From contig NW_024704743.1 in the NCBI RefSeq assembly GCF_018977255.1, forward strand, positions 74,836,001-74,900,000: a DNA stretch of 64,000 bases, written 5' to 3'. Within the stretch, counting starts at the first letter, position 1; each line of letters opens with the position of its first letter. Positions 1 to 12,835 of this stretch are shown here, piece after piece. This DNA comes from Callorhinchus milii (Eukaryota). The notes beneath the pieces were generated by a model. That model searched no databases, was not told the origin of the DNA, and saw nothing but the letters and a program-made list of their open reading frames with translations. The translations under genes and the position numbers were made by a program.

Positions 1-225
1 CTTCAGCCACTACGCCCCGAGGCTCTGGAACTCCCTTCCTCACTCCCTTCGCTTCGCCCCCTCTCTTCCTATTTTCAGGTCTCAGCTGAAGACTTTTCTT
101 TTCGACTGCGCCTTTGGTCACCTTCCTCCCCATCCCCCTGGCTCAGCCCCGGGATCCGTTACTGTGAGCGTTCTGAGACGCCGTCCGGCGTGGAGGGCGC
201 TATATAAATCCAAGTTGTTGTTGTT
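1..225 (+). mobile_element. L2 LINE 3' end
   Basis: ctctggaactccct...gggcgctatataaat...(ttg)n tail, shared with the other L2 ends in the window. Confidence 0.8.
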
Positions 226-907
226 ATTATTAAATCCTTTTCCTGTGTCAGTGCAACCTGTGTGATACAGCTCTCAGTGTCTAAGCCCATGTCTATGAGC
301 TTCTCTCAGTGTCCCAGGAGATTATTTGTATCACATATTATTTTAGGAGCAATAGATTGGTGCACAGGGAGTGAAGATCTGGCATTGTATCAATTTTACT
401 CTTATATGGCTCCAAATCAGGATTGTGTTTTGTTGTCTAATGTTTCAGAAAAAGGCCATAACTGTCCAGAAACATGGTAACCTAAACCTTCCAGACGGCT
501 TGTGAGTCTAACTTTTTTGAGCTACAATATTGAAGGTCAAATCTACAATTAAACAATATTTGATCCTAACCCAGTCTACTATCTACACGGGACAGTTGGT
601 TTGAATGAAAAGACCATTCCAAAGCACATTACTATATACTAAATTTTCTCATTATTAATATCTGAGGTTACAGGTCATAATATCTAAGCTCTATAATTCC
701 TATGGTCAACATACATTATCTTGAAACTGTGTGTGAGCATTGAGATCATCGGTTCAGAGATCATTGATCTGCTGGACTCTGTTCCCTAGCTTGCTGTTGT
801 TGTTGTTGTTGTTGTAGCTTATCCTCAAAGCTGAAAAAAGCTGCAAAAAAAAGTTCTGAGAAAAATTAGTTTTATCTGAGTGACTTTCACCAAAAATCTG
901 GGTATTC

Positions 908-1160
908 ATACAACACAAAATTACATTTGTATAGCGCCTTTCACGACTGGAGGACATCCCAAGGCATTAGACAGTCAGAGATTTGGACCGAGCTGGGTGT
1001 CGGGGAGGTTGGAGGCCAGGGAAGATAGGAAGGTGGCTGATAGCTCGATCGAACAGGAGGGTTTTGAGATGCACCTTGGAGGAGGCAAGGGAGGGAGCGA
1101 GGCGAAGGGAATATGAGATGGAGTTCCATAGCATGGGGACCAGAGATGCTGTAGGCCTGA
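908..1160 (-). mobile_element. L2 LINE 3' fragment
   Basis: Reverse complement of the L2 3' end (LWNSI..SLRLAPSLASSKVHLKTLLF). Confidence 0.8.
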
Positions 1161-3867
1161 CTGCCAATGGTGACCATATGGTTAAAAGCAACTTTAAAGA
1201 TCTCCACCCGATGGTGAGAATGCTACCAAATGTGACATCTCTAACACATTATACTGAAGAAAGATTAAAGTAGCAAAGTACTTGCATCATAATGTTAAAT
1301 ATAGACCTGAGATATATAGCTACCTCGCTGCCATTCCATTCCGTAACAGATGAGCTCAAAGTTGCAGTTGATCACAAAATGAGTCAAGTCAGAAGTAGTT
1401 AACGATATTCTGCGTGAATGGCTTACCAGAAATTTTAAAGCTCAAATACGAGGATCTAGAACAATGACACATTAATTCTGAAAATGTCGTTAACATTTCT
1501 TCACCAAAGTGGTGAAGTAATCTGTCATGGAAGATTGTGCTTTAGTGAAACTTTTAGTTTGAAATTTCCAGGCATTACATTCTGTTCTGCATTATTTTTG
1601 ATAAAGCAATTATAACAACAAGTATTTCCACAGACCTTTAGAGTACATCACTTCTCAATTTTTTTCCCACAGAAATTTGAGTCCTCTCTCTCGGTTGACT
1701 CTGATGACTATTGTCTAGCTAGAGCTTGTGAAATTGTCATTTACTACAACTTTCACACTTACTCATCATCCCTTACATCTAACTTCGAGTTGTCATCCTG
1801 CTCAAATGCCACTTTAAGATTATGTGAGTTAACCATGAGAATTAGAGAACCTAAATACTCTAACCTCAGATATTAAAATGAGAAAGTTTGATAATATTAG
1901 CATCACTGATAGAAATGTTTCCGATGAAAAGAAATTGTGTGTAACAGGAACATCTACAGATCACATGAAATGTACATGAAACCTGATCATGCAACCAGAC
2001 ACTTCTCTGAAAAGAATGAAATACTGCAGATTATAAATTCTGATTTATTATCAAGAGCAGTGTGTCGAACCATAACAGCCATGAGCCACATGAAGGCTCA
2101 CAGCCACCTCGGCTTCAGCAAAAAGTATGTGTCTCAGATATTTAACACTGATAACTTGCTTCAGGGATGTGTGTATGGTTAGTTATACATGTTATTTATA
2201 TATGGTTAAAAAAATTCTGCTCAGGCTTTTCAAATATTCAACTGAAATAATCAGCTAAAATAATACTCATCTGAAGAAATACAATCGTGGCAAAAGTCTT
2301 ATCAATGTTCAGATTGACATGTATCTGTAAATTGACATTTTCTGCGATCACTTTCATCAAAGAAAAATACAGATCTCCCTTGATGAACAAATGTAGGAAT
2401 AATTCATGGTAGAATTGCGCTGTGCGGTTGTGCATTATTTTCATCGAATTTGCAGAAACTGGTTAAGAAAAACAACTGAAAAATCTCACACTAATGTGTT
2501 GTTTTGCTTTTATACTGATATTGTTTGCTTATGGTACTCTTGGTACAGAACTTTGATCTCCAACCTTCCTTTCCTCTTCAAGGCCCTGGAACGAGTTGTT
2601 GCTTCCCAGCTCCTTCCTCTCTAAAACTATCTTTGATCTAATCAAGTCATATTTCAAATACTCTGCACTTTGAAACCTCTCTGACGGCCGTTTGGTTTAA
2701 GCAAAGTTCATCTTAGGTTTTGGTCTGATCACCTCCTGTAGCGTGAGGTTCACATCTTCCATCTGTTAGATTTACGTGCAAAGTGCATTGCGGTCTCTTA
2801 AGAATCATACATAGATACAAACAGATCAGCCCATTGCTCTGCAGTAACATCAGCCCACAATGCCTCAGATTTGCAATTAAATAGGTCTCAGGATCTTCTG
2901 GAAACAAAAACAATGTTAAAAACAAAGTAAATAAAACTTATTTTTCTAGACGTGGTTTGCCATTTCTTATTGCTGCTGCCTGCTTTCAGCTAGGGATGCA
3001 AACAAAGGCAGAATTGAATATTTTTATACAGTTCTAAAAAGATAAACATTTATAGAAAAACTATGCTCAATGGTGCATTTTTACATTGGAAATAAATGAC
3101 AGAAAATCATCAGTTGAAATATAGTGTAAGCAACAACAATTATATTAGCTCTTTTCATGTAACATTGCAGTGCTTTACAGAGCAGAGACAGAATGGAACC
3201 CAAAGCAAGGTGAGAATTGGGGAGGTAGGAGAGAATTGACTGAAGGCTCTGTCAAAGAGCTACCTTCCTCCAGTTGAATGTCAACAAGACCAAGGCCCTC
3301 CTGCTTGGCTCCCCTCAGCACCTCCATACCTCGGGCTCTGGCAACATCACTCTCCATGGATGTACACTACATTGCACGGAGACAATATGGAAACTCAGCA
3401 TCCTGTTCAACCCTCAACTGCCCTTCATATCCCACATCCACCCCAACCCTCAGGAAATCCATTCCACAGTCCCTCCACTTGGTCCCCTCTCTTGCCTCCG
3501 TCAAGACCTATCTCAAGACCCTCCTCTTTGAATGTGTCTTTGGTCACCCTCCTACCCCATTCCCTGCCCTCCACCCCTCATGATCCCAACCACCAGCTGG
3601 GGTGCATATCCCTGATTAACTAGTACCTTGGGACGAAGGCGCTATACAACTGTAATTTGTTGTTATTGTTGTTGTTGTTGTTGTTTGTATGCCCTTTGCT
3701 GCCTTCTCTGATTCCAGAGATTCGTCCAACTTGATGTTATCTGCAACTATCTTACAATGGGCCTGTGAAGTCAAGGTCATTAACATACAGAAGAGGGGAA
3801 GAGGAGAGATCACAATGCTTGAGCCCCCCCCCACCACCCCACGCATCCCACACTTAGTACAAAAAAA

Positions 3868-4673
3868 AACAACATGGACTTATATAGCGCCCTCCACATC
3901 AGGTGGAGCCCAAGGCTGAGCCATGGGGAGGGGGAAGGTAACCGTAGGTGTGGGCGAAAAGGAAGGTCTTCAGGCCTGACCTGAAAATGGGGAAGGAAGG
4001 GGCGAAGCAAAGGGGTTAAGGGAGGGAGTTCCAAAGTTTTGGGGTGTAGTGGCTGAAGGCACGGCCACCGATGGTAGAGCAGAGGATTCGGATGGAGGAG
4101 GCTGGAATCAGTAGAGCGGAGGCAGCGGGAACTGCTGTGGGGAGAGAGGTTAGAGAGATTGGGGGGTGCCAAGGAATGGACGGATTTAACCACTAGAGTG
4201 AGGATCTTGAAGTCTGTGACAGGGAGCCAGTGGAGTTTGGCAAGGACTGGGTAATCGGGGCATGAAGTTTGGTGCGAGTGAGATGAGGGCAGCGGAGTTT
4301 TGAATGAGCTGATTTTGTGAATAGTGGAGATCGGGAGACTGACAAGGAGGGCGTTAGAATAGTCCAGCCAAGAGGTGAGGAAGGCATGGACAAGGGTTTT
4401 GGCAGCTTTTGCGGTGAGGTATTGTCAGAGACGGGCAATGTGGCGGAGGTGGAAGAAAACGGTTCTGGTCAGGGAACGAATGTGGGGGAAGAAGGATAAC
4501 GGGTGATCGAACCTGACGCCTAAGTTGCGAACGGATTCAGAGGGTTTTAAGGACAGGTTGGGTATGTTGAGGAGGTCGGAACCATGGGAGAGAAGACATT
4601 GGCGGGAGCCAAAGGGTATGGCTTCCGTCTTGTTGACGTTTAACTGCAGGAAATTTGCACTCATCCAGCTCCT
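3868..4673 (-). mobile_element. L2-clade LINE, 3' part (host of the CR1 insertion)
   Basis: ORF 4425-4688 (WMSANFLQLNVNKTEAI...VRNLGV...FFHLRHIARL) and an L2-type 3' end. Confidence 0.9.
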
Positions 4674-7666
4674 AACATAAGATAACATAACATAACATGT
4701 AGAAGCAGGAATAGGCCATTAGGCCGTTCGAGCCTGCCCCGCCATTCAATCATGGCTGATCTTCCAATCTAACTCCAGCTAATAACCTAACCCTGCCTTA
4801 TCCCTATATTCCTTAATCCCTTTTGCAATAAGAAATATATCGATCTCAGTCTTGAATATGTTCAAGGACTGAGCGTCAACAGCCCTTTGGGGTAGTGAGT
4901 TCCATACATTCACCACCCTTTGAGTGAAGAAGTTCTTCCTCAACTCAGTGCGAAAGGGCTGGCCTCTGATTTTAAGGTTGTGACCCCTGGTTTTAGTTTC
5001 TCCAACCAGGGGAAACAATCTCCCACTATCTACTCTATCATGCCCTTTGATGATCTTATAGGTTTCTATAAGATCCCCTCTAATTCTTCTATATTCTAGA
5101 GAATATAGGCCCAAATTGGTCAGCCTATCCTCGTAACTCATCCCCTTCATCCCTGGTACTAACCTAGTAAATCTACGCTGCACCCCCTCCAAGGCAAGTA
5201 CATCCTTCCTTAAATAAGGAGACCAAAACTGCACACAGTATTCCAGGTGTGGTCTCACCAGGGCCCTATACAGTTGCAGCAAGACTTCCCTACTCTTATA
5301 CTCTAATCCTTTCATAATGAATGCTAACATACCGTTCCCCTTCCTAATTGCTGCTGCACCTGCAGACTAACTTTCTGTGATTGGTGTACAAGGACACCCA
5401 AGTCCCTCTGGACGCTAACACATTCCAATCTCTCCCCTTCTAAAAAATAACCCGCTCTACTGTTTTTGCTACCTAGGTGGATGACTTCGCACTTCCCTAC
5501 ATTATACTTCATCTGCCACCTACCTGCCCAATCACCTAACCTATCTATGTCGCGCTGCATTTTTTTAATGTCGTCCTCTGTGTTGACACTTCCTCCTAGT
5601 TTTGTGTCATCTGCGAATTTAGATATATTAACTTCGATGTCCTCATCTAGATCGTTGATGTAGATGGTAAATAGCTGAGACCCAAGGACTGATCCTTGTG
5701 GCACTCCACTAGTCACATCCCGCCAATCTGAAAAGGACCCGTTTATCCCTACTCTTTGTTTCCTACCCGTTAACCATTCCCCAATCCACGTTAATATGCT
5801 CCCCCCAATTCCATGGGCCCTTATCTTTTGGACTAACCTTTTATGCGGCACCTTATCGAATGCCTTCTGGAAGTCCAAATAGACCACATCCACTGATTCA
5901 CCCTTATCTAGTTTACTCAAAATATCCTCAAAAAACTCTATAAGATTTGTCAAACGTGACTTCCCTTTTGTAAAGCCATGTTGACTTGGCCTAATTATAT
6001 TGTGCTCCTCTAAATACCTCACTACCACATCCTTAATCAATGATTCTAAAAAAAATTCTATCACTAACGTGAGACTAACTGGCCTATAGTTCATCATCTT
6101 TTCCTTTCCACCCTTTTTAAATAGTGGTGTGACATTTGCAATCTTCCAATCCATGGGGACTGTTCCAGAATCCAAGGAATTTTGGAAGATCAGACACAAG
6201 GCCTCCACTATCTCATAAGCTACCTCTTTTAATACCCTGGGATGCAAGCCATCCGGACCAGGGGATTTGTCACTTTTTAGTGCTAACAGTTTCTCTAGCA
6301 CCAATTCTCTACTAATGAAAATTTCCCTAAGTTGCTCCCTGTCCTTATCCCCTTGGTGCATCTCTATTGTTGGCAGACTTGTTGTGTCTTCTAAGGTGAA
6401 GACAGATGCAAAGTACCCATTTAGGGACTCTGCCGTGTCCTTATCCCCCATTACAACTTCTGCTTTTCTTGGCAGTTTTATAAGCCTTTTCTTTTAATTT
6501 GATGCTTTCCCTAACTGCTCTAGTTAGCCACGGATGAATTGCTTTCCCTGTGGTACTCTTATTCCGCAAGGGAATATGCGACCGCTGAGAATTTTGCACT
6601 ACATCCTTAAATATTTGCCACTGTTGGTCTACATTTTTATTTCTTAATCTTATTCTTCAGTCTATTTTACCTAAATCTTTCCTCATACCTACAAAATTAG
6701 CCCTAATTAAATTCAGAATACTTGCCTCAAATTTAACTATATCCCTCTCTAACTTAATGCAGAATTCAATCATATTGTGATCACTCTGCCCTAAAGGATT
6801 TTTAATACCTACACTGCCAACTAGCCCTGTTTCGTTACACAAAACAAGGTCTAGGATGGCCTGTCCCCTAGTTGGTTCCTCAGTATGCTGCTCTAGAAAG
6901 TTCTCTCTCATACACTCAATGAACTCTTCTTCTAACCTACATTTGCCGATTTGGTTTTCCCAATCTATGTGGAGATTGAAATCACCCACTATTATCGCTT
7001 TACCTTTCCTACATGCTCCACTGATTTCTTGATTAATACCTTGTGCTATATTGTGATCATTGTTTGGGGGTCTATAAACCACTCCCATTAACATTTTCTG
7101 CCCTTTATTATTTTTTATTTCCACCCATATTGTCTCGATCTCCTGGTCATCGGATTTCAGATCCTTCCTCTCCACTGCTTTTATTTCATCCCTAATTAAC
7201 AGGGCTACACCCCCCACCTTTTTTCCCACAGTGTCTACCTTTCCTCTAAACTGAAAACCCTGGAATATTTAACTCCCATCCTAGATCTCCTTGTAACCAT
7301 ATTTCATTGATGGCTACTAGATCGTACCCATATGTGTCTATCTGTGCTTTTAATTCATCAGTTTTATTCCGAATGCTTTGTGCATTCAGATGTAACATTT
7401 TTAATTTCCTACCATTTCCTCTACTCTCTGATTCCTTATCTACTTTGCCAAGCTTCTTACCCCTAGTTAACATATTCCTATTATCTGGCATGCTATTCTG
7501 CACTGTCATCTTTACTTTATCTAATGCTAACTTATGGTTTCTCTTACCTATATATTCCCCCCTCCCCCCCTTTACTAGTTTAAATTCCTATTTATTTCCC
7601 CGTTCATTCGTTTAGCTAGGACATTTGTCCCAGCCCGATTTAAATGCAGCCCTTTTCTCTGAAATA
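4674..7666 (-). mobile_element. CR1 LINE, ~3 kb, 5'-truncated, frameshifted (end of esterase-type ORF1, APE endonuclease, RT, 3' tail)
   Basis: ORFs 7246-7509 and 6657-7229 give the endonuclease (GDFN, LDLV, SDHN). ORF 5324-6451 gives RT (GVPQGSVLG, FADD) and ORF 4779-5330 its C-terminus (LVRPHLEYCVQFWSP). ORF1 end GLHLNRAGTNVLA is near 7600-7655 and a (TTATG)n tail at 4674-4700. Confidence 0.95.
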
Positions 7667-8785
7667 TCCTGATGTCCAACAGACAAGCTGACAGAATATC
7701 AGGGGATTGGGGGGCTCAGCTGGAGGTAGAAAAGTAGAGATGAGTGTCAAACAAAGCGAGTGCGGTTCCACTGAGGTGGATGATGGAGGAGAGGTGGTGG
7801 AGGAGGATAGTGTGGTCAATTGTGTCGAACATGGCGGAGACGTCCAGGAGGATGAGGAGGCAGAGGGAGCCCTGGTCACATAGAGAGGATATTGTTTGTG
7901 ACCTTCACGAGCTCTGTCTCTGTACTGTGGGCAGGGCGGAAACAGGACTGGAGGGTTTTGAGTAGAGTATGGAGGGAGAGGTGTGCGTGAAGTTAGTTGG
8001 CAACAACGAGTTCCAGAGCTTTGGCCAGGAAGAGCAGGTTTGAGATAGGGCGGTAGTGGCCGAGGTTGGAGGGATCGAGGGTAGGTTTTTTAAGGAGCTG
8101 AGTGATGACCGCCGTTTTGAAGACAAGTTGGACTGATCCTGAGGAGAGAGCTTGGTTAATAGTGTCTGCCAGCAGTGGGCAGAGGAGCGGGAGCTGAGTG
8201 ATCAGCAGTTGGGTGGGGAGGAGGTCGAGGCAGCGAGTGGTGGGTTTCATTGTGTTGATGGTGGATGAGAGGGAGGAAAGAGAGATGGGGGCAAATGAAT
8301 GTAGGATTGGGGCTATGATAGGAGCTGAGGGCGGGGTGGGTAAGGGAGATGTAATGGGGTGGTGGTAGGCGACTCAGGGCAGAGGGATGAAGCTGCCAGC
8401 CAGATGTTGTCAATTTTAGAGGTAAGGAAGTCCATGACCTCTTCGCACTTGGCGTTAGATGTGATGATTCAGGGCGCTTGAGGGGACGCACGGAGAAGGT
8501 GGTGGACAGTGGAGAATAGGATTTTGGAGTTATTGTTGGCCTCCAGTATGATGATTGAGTAATGTGCAGTTTTTGCTTGCAATAGGGAGCGGCGGTAGGC
8601 GTGAAGATCCTCAAGCAACAGCTGGTGGTGAACCGTAAGGCTGACTTTCTGCCATTTGTACTCGAGCAATCAGGTTTGGGATTTTGGGAGCGGGGATGGC
8701 TGTTGTACCAGTTGGAGTGGGTGGGTTTGGAAATGGTCCTGGATTTCAGGGGGATGAGGGAGTTGAAGGTGGAGGAGGTGATCAT
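7667..8785 (-). mobile_element. L2-clade LINE, upstream part (continuous with 3868-4673), internally deleted
   Basis: RT N-terminal motifs (LLKKPTLDPSNLGHYRPISNL). The reading LSACLLDIR joins SWMSANF across the CR1 insertion. Confidence 0.88.
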
Positions 8786-8805
8786 GGAGCAGCTTGACGG
8801 GTCGA

Positions 8806-9600
8806 AAAACAACAACAAATTACATTTATAGTGCGCCTTTCACGTCAGGAGGATGTCCCAAGGCGCTGAACAGTCAGGGGTCAGGACCTGAGCATGGGGG
8901 AGGGGTGGGGTAGGGGTGAGGGAAGGCAGAGAGGTGGGAGGGAGACCAAAGGCACGATTGAAGAGGAGGGTCTTGAGACCAGCCTTGAAGGAGGCAAGGG
9001 AGGACGCGAGGCGAAGGGACTGTGGGATGGAGTTCCAGAGTGTGGGGGCAGAGAGGCTGAAAGCCCGGCCACCGATGGTAGGGCGGGTCGGGTGGGAGAC
9101 ATGGAACAGACAGCCCGCTGAACGGAGGGAGCGGGCAGGTTGGTAGGGAGTCAGCAGGTCAGAGAGGTAGGATGGGGGAAGGTCATGGATGACCTTGAAA
9201 GTGAGGGAAGGGAGGTCTGAGGATGAGAGGGCATTTGTGAGGGTCTTGGGGGGGAAGCCTTTTCCATAGGCAGAAATGTATGGTTGAGGTCTTGATGGAG
9301 GGGAGAAGGATGCAAGATGAGAAGAGATGAGGAAGTGGTCCAAGATGGCCTTGTCCATGATACACAGGTTGGAAATGTTGAGGCCATGTGTGATGACAAG
9401 GTCGAAGGGATGGCCACGATTGTGGGTCGGCAAGTTGATGTGGAGAGTGAGGTTTAGGGAGGAGAGGAGGGCAGTGAAATCTGAAGATGTGGTGCAAGGG
9501 GAGTTTAGGTGAAGGTTGAAGTCGCCCATTATGAGCAGGCATTCTAAGTAGAGAGACAGGGAGGAGAAGAGAGCAGAGATATCGGAGAGGAAGGAGCCAT
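8806..9600 (-). mobile_element. L2 LINE derivative: endonuclease segment fused to the 3' end
   Basis: ORF 8840-9649 has GDFNLH...THNRGHPFDLVIT...DHFLI followed by C-terminal TIGGRAFSLSAPTLWNSIP; (TTG)n tail at ~8806. Confidence 0.85.
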
Positions 9601-9689
9601 GGGGCAATAAACCAGGAGTACCTCTCCGCATTTTCATCTGACTCCCCAAACCTTATTAAAGATGTAAATTGTTGATTAAAATTAAGGTA

Positions 9690-10600
9690 TCAGCCTGGCT
9701 CAGTTCACTCTTACAACTGAGTCGGAAGGCTGTGGGTTCCAGCTTCATGTTGGTACGTTGAGCTCATAATCAAAGCAGATATTCCGATATGGTGCTGGGG
9801 CTGCACTGCATTGATTGTCCTTTGGTTGAGACAGTAACCAAAGTCCTTTCTGCCTGTGGACATAACAACACAACAAGATTTCATTTATAGAGCGCCTTTC
9901 ACGTCGGGAAGACGTCCCAAGGCGCTGGGCAGTTGGGTCAGGACCCGAGCAGGGGGGATATGGTCAGGGTGAGGGGAGGGAAGGGAGGGGCGAGGAGGGG
10001 GTAGAGAGTTGAGAGGGGAGCTGAAGGCACGGTCAAAGAGAAAGGTCTTGAGACCGGCCTTGAAGGAGGAAAGGGAGGAAGCGGCGAAGGCACTGGGGGA
10101 TGGAGTTCCAGAGCCTGGGGGCTGAGAGGCTGAAGGCCCGGCCACCGATGGTAGGGCGGTTGGGGCGGGGGATGTGGAGCAGACCGGAGCCAGAGGAACG
10201 GAAGGTACGGGCAGGTACATGGGGGGATAATAGGTCGGAGAGAGCAAGGCCTTGAATGGCCTTGTAGGTGAGGATGAGGATCTTGAATTCGATCCTCTGG
10301 GGGATGGGGAGCCAGTGGAGGCGAGCGAGGGTGGGAGTGATGTGGTCCCGAAGCCTGGTGCGGGACAGTACACGAGTTGCAGAGTTCTGAATGACCTGCA
10401 GCTTGTGGATAGAGGTCCTATGACACTAATTGAAAAGAGAAGGGAGTTTCCCCTGGTATCCTGGCCAACAATCCTTCAAATAAAAGTAATTATTCCCTTC
10501 ATGACTGTTTGTGGACATTGTGGTGCATAAATTGGCAGCCGCATTCACCCACAAATACACAGTAAATCCTGTGCCATATCAAATGAAACGATTAATATCA
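9690..10600 (+). mobile_element. Old SacSINE1/Deu-type SINE split by an antisense L2 3' fragment (9865-10407)
   Basis: tRNA-like head (ggctcag...ctgagtcggaaggctgtgggttc). The body resumes at ~10410 with agggagtttcccctggtatcctggccaaca and ctgtttgtggacattg...attggcagccgc. The L2 fragment corresponds to ORF 9885-10373. Confidence 0.7.
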
Positions 10601-11449
10601 TCATTATAAAATCATAGATAATTATTTGCAACATGTTTTATTATAAACCTCTAGATATCAAATTGCTGAAACGCCATTTGCACAAATCACAGAACCAAAG
10701 CAGCTTTTAGCAGTCTCTGAGGTTTGCCAAAATGACTTATTTGGATTGCTTCAAAAGTCCCGCTTACAAAAACTGCAACTTCTCTAAATCTGTGACTTTC
10801 TATCATGTGCCCAACATACCATCATACGCTGTGGGCAAACCACAGACTATCAATATTACTAGTCATTTTCAGTCTCAGTAGCTGGTACATTTAGTTTTGC
10901 AAAGCCCATAGCAGAGCAAAAATGGTTACACCCATCGCACACCCATTACACACCTATTGTGCTTTCCAGAATTAGGTAAGCAGGATGCGTCCCTCCAGGG
11001 AGAGTGCGTTTTCCATTCCAATAAAGATTTCATGAATTTCCATGTATAGGTGGGATGCATGGGATTCTGTTTGGTGATGGGTTTCTGCAAGTATCAGACC
11101 CCCAGCTGACCAACAAAAACAAACCTTAATAATAAAGGGAGTCTAAAATGCTACTCCATTTCTTTGACCTCAAAATAGAAATGGATTAAATAGTACTTCC
11201 TGCAGTTATAAATACTTTAATAAGATATCAACATTAGAGTTACCCAGGTAAAAAGTAAAATCCATGATCTGTTCTTTCTAAAATCCCTGTAGATGAAGAA
11301 TGTTTACCTCTTAGTGCCTGCACTTGCTCTTCCTGCAGCATTCAGGTGGACAATTTGGTTCGCACTATCTATAGCTGCATGTGTTCAGTAACTATAGATC
11401 TGGCCCAAATTGACTGTGGGAAGTCATAAACATATTGTACCTAGACTTC

Positions 11450-12290
11450 TAAAAGGTGTTTAACAAAGTACCAGATAAGAGAGACCTGCACAAATTGAAA
11501 TCACTGGGTATCAATGGCAAGACATGGATTTAGAATTGGTTGAAGGGAAGGAAGCAGAGGGTGGTTGTTAGGAATGGGGGGGGTGGGTGGGGGGGGCGGC
11601 GTTAAATGCAGTGCCTCAGGGTCCTGTAATGGGATGTTTGCTGTTCCTTCTATATTAATGACCTGGATTCTAAGGCCTTGTGTAAGGCAGTTACATTTGC
11701 AGATGAGATCTATGTTAACTCACCGTGACATAAAGGGGTTGCCTAGACTCTAGAGGCGGTGCAGAAGAGCACAATAAGGATACAATACAAAACCACTTCT
11801 CAGCCTTTTGGCTAAGATCAAATGTAGTTCTGTTCTTATCAGTTACACCTTGAGCTAGTAATGCTGGGAAGGTTCATCTCCTGTTGAGATTTGATAGTGT
11901 TGGTCACCATGACGCAATCTCACCTCTAATTGGGGCATTAGGGGAGGGTGATACCAGTGTTAGAGGAAGGAGCTACGAGCGACGTTTAGACAAGCTAGGA
12001 CTGCCTCTTCAGTCATAAAAGATGATATCTCAGAGGGGACCTTATAGAGATGTATAATGTTTTATACGCAAATGAGAAAGACTTTTGTATGCACCAAGAG
12101 GATGCAGGTTTAGATTACAAAGCTAAGTTTTTCTTTTACCCAGAGGATAATCAATTACTGGAACAGGTTACTGAGGTGATTGAGCCAGGAAACTGGACTC
12201 ATTTTTAAAAAAAATTGCTTGATGCTGTGATGGGAAGACAGTAGGGTCGGTTTTATGAAAGGATGAGATTAAATAGGCCGAATAATCTTG
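11450..12290 (+). mobile_element. Old, degraded CR1 fragments
   Basis: Decayed CR1 RT and 3' UTR motifs (ggaagcagagggtggt, gtgcctcaggggtcc, ttttcttttacccagagg). Confidence 0.65.
11792..11844 (+). pseudogene. RNU2: U2 snRNA 5' fragment (about nt 1-54), truncated pseudogene
   Basis: accacttctcagccttttggctaagatcaaatgtagt-tctgttcttatcagtt versus U2 ATCGCTTCTCGGCCTTTTGGCTAAGATCAAGTGTAGTATCTGTTCTTATCAGTT: 4 substitutions (2 are CpG decay) and 1 deletion. No Sm site or 3' half. Confidence 0.9.
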
Positions 12291-12507
12291 TGGGTTGTCT
12301 CATCACTGAGCACAGCGTGCCATCCAGTGGCCAGATCAAGTATTGGCTGAACTCAGAGAGTGCAATAGATCTGAATTTCAGTTTATTATTAATCCCCATT
12401 AGTTACCGTAACAGGGTGGAACGAGAGATAACTTTCATGACAAGATGTTTCCTAAATTTAAACGAATGGTACCTGAAAGCACAGAATGAGATTTGAATTA
12501 ATTGTAT

Positions 12508-12835
12508 TGTAGCTTAATGGTTAAAGCACTCGCCTCACAAGTGAGGACTGGGGTTTGATTCCCAGCAGGGCAAAACATTGGGCAAGTTTCCTTACTCCAC
12601 ACGCCTGTTTACCGAGCAGTAAGTAGGAACCCAATTGTTAGTCGATTGGCGGATCGCTTTTCCGGTGGTAATAATTCCTTCAAAAAAAATGTGGTTGCTT
12701 AATCCAATTGGCTGCCGCGTTTCACCCACAAAACATTCAGTCAATTCACTTTACAGTATATTCTGTGAAGCACTTTGAAACGTCTAGAAGACATGATAAG
12801 GCAATATATCAAATGCAAGCATTATTACTTTATTA
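12508..12835 (+). mobile_element. tRNA-derived SINE (long subtype)
   Basis: A/B-box head, gggcaagtttccttactccac body, L2-like tail and (TTA)n. Confidence 0.85.

Noticed and set aside
449..476. Small plus-strand exon-like segment ending in ATG|gtaacc
   Set aside because: No downstream plus-strand coding exon (such as a chemokine-receptor ORF) was found to splice to.
2713..2925. Minus-strand ORF with an acceptor-like site
   Set aside because: No recognisable homology and no convincing partner exons.
10820..10840. SYAVG peptide reminiscent of SLC6A20 exon 1
   Set aside because: Five residues only, without the flanking LGNVWRF motif or splice signals.
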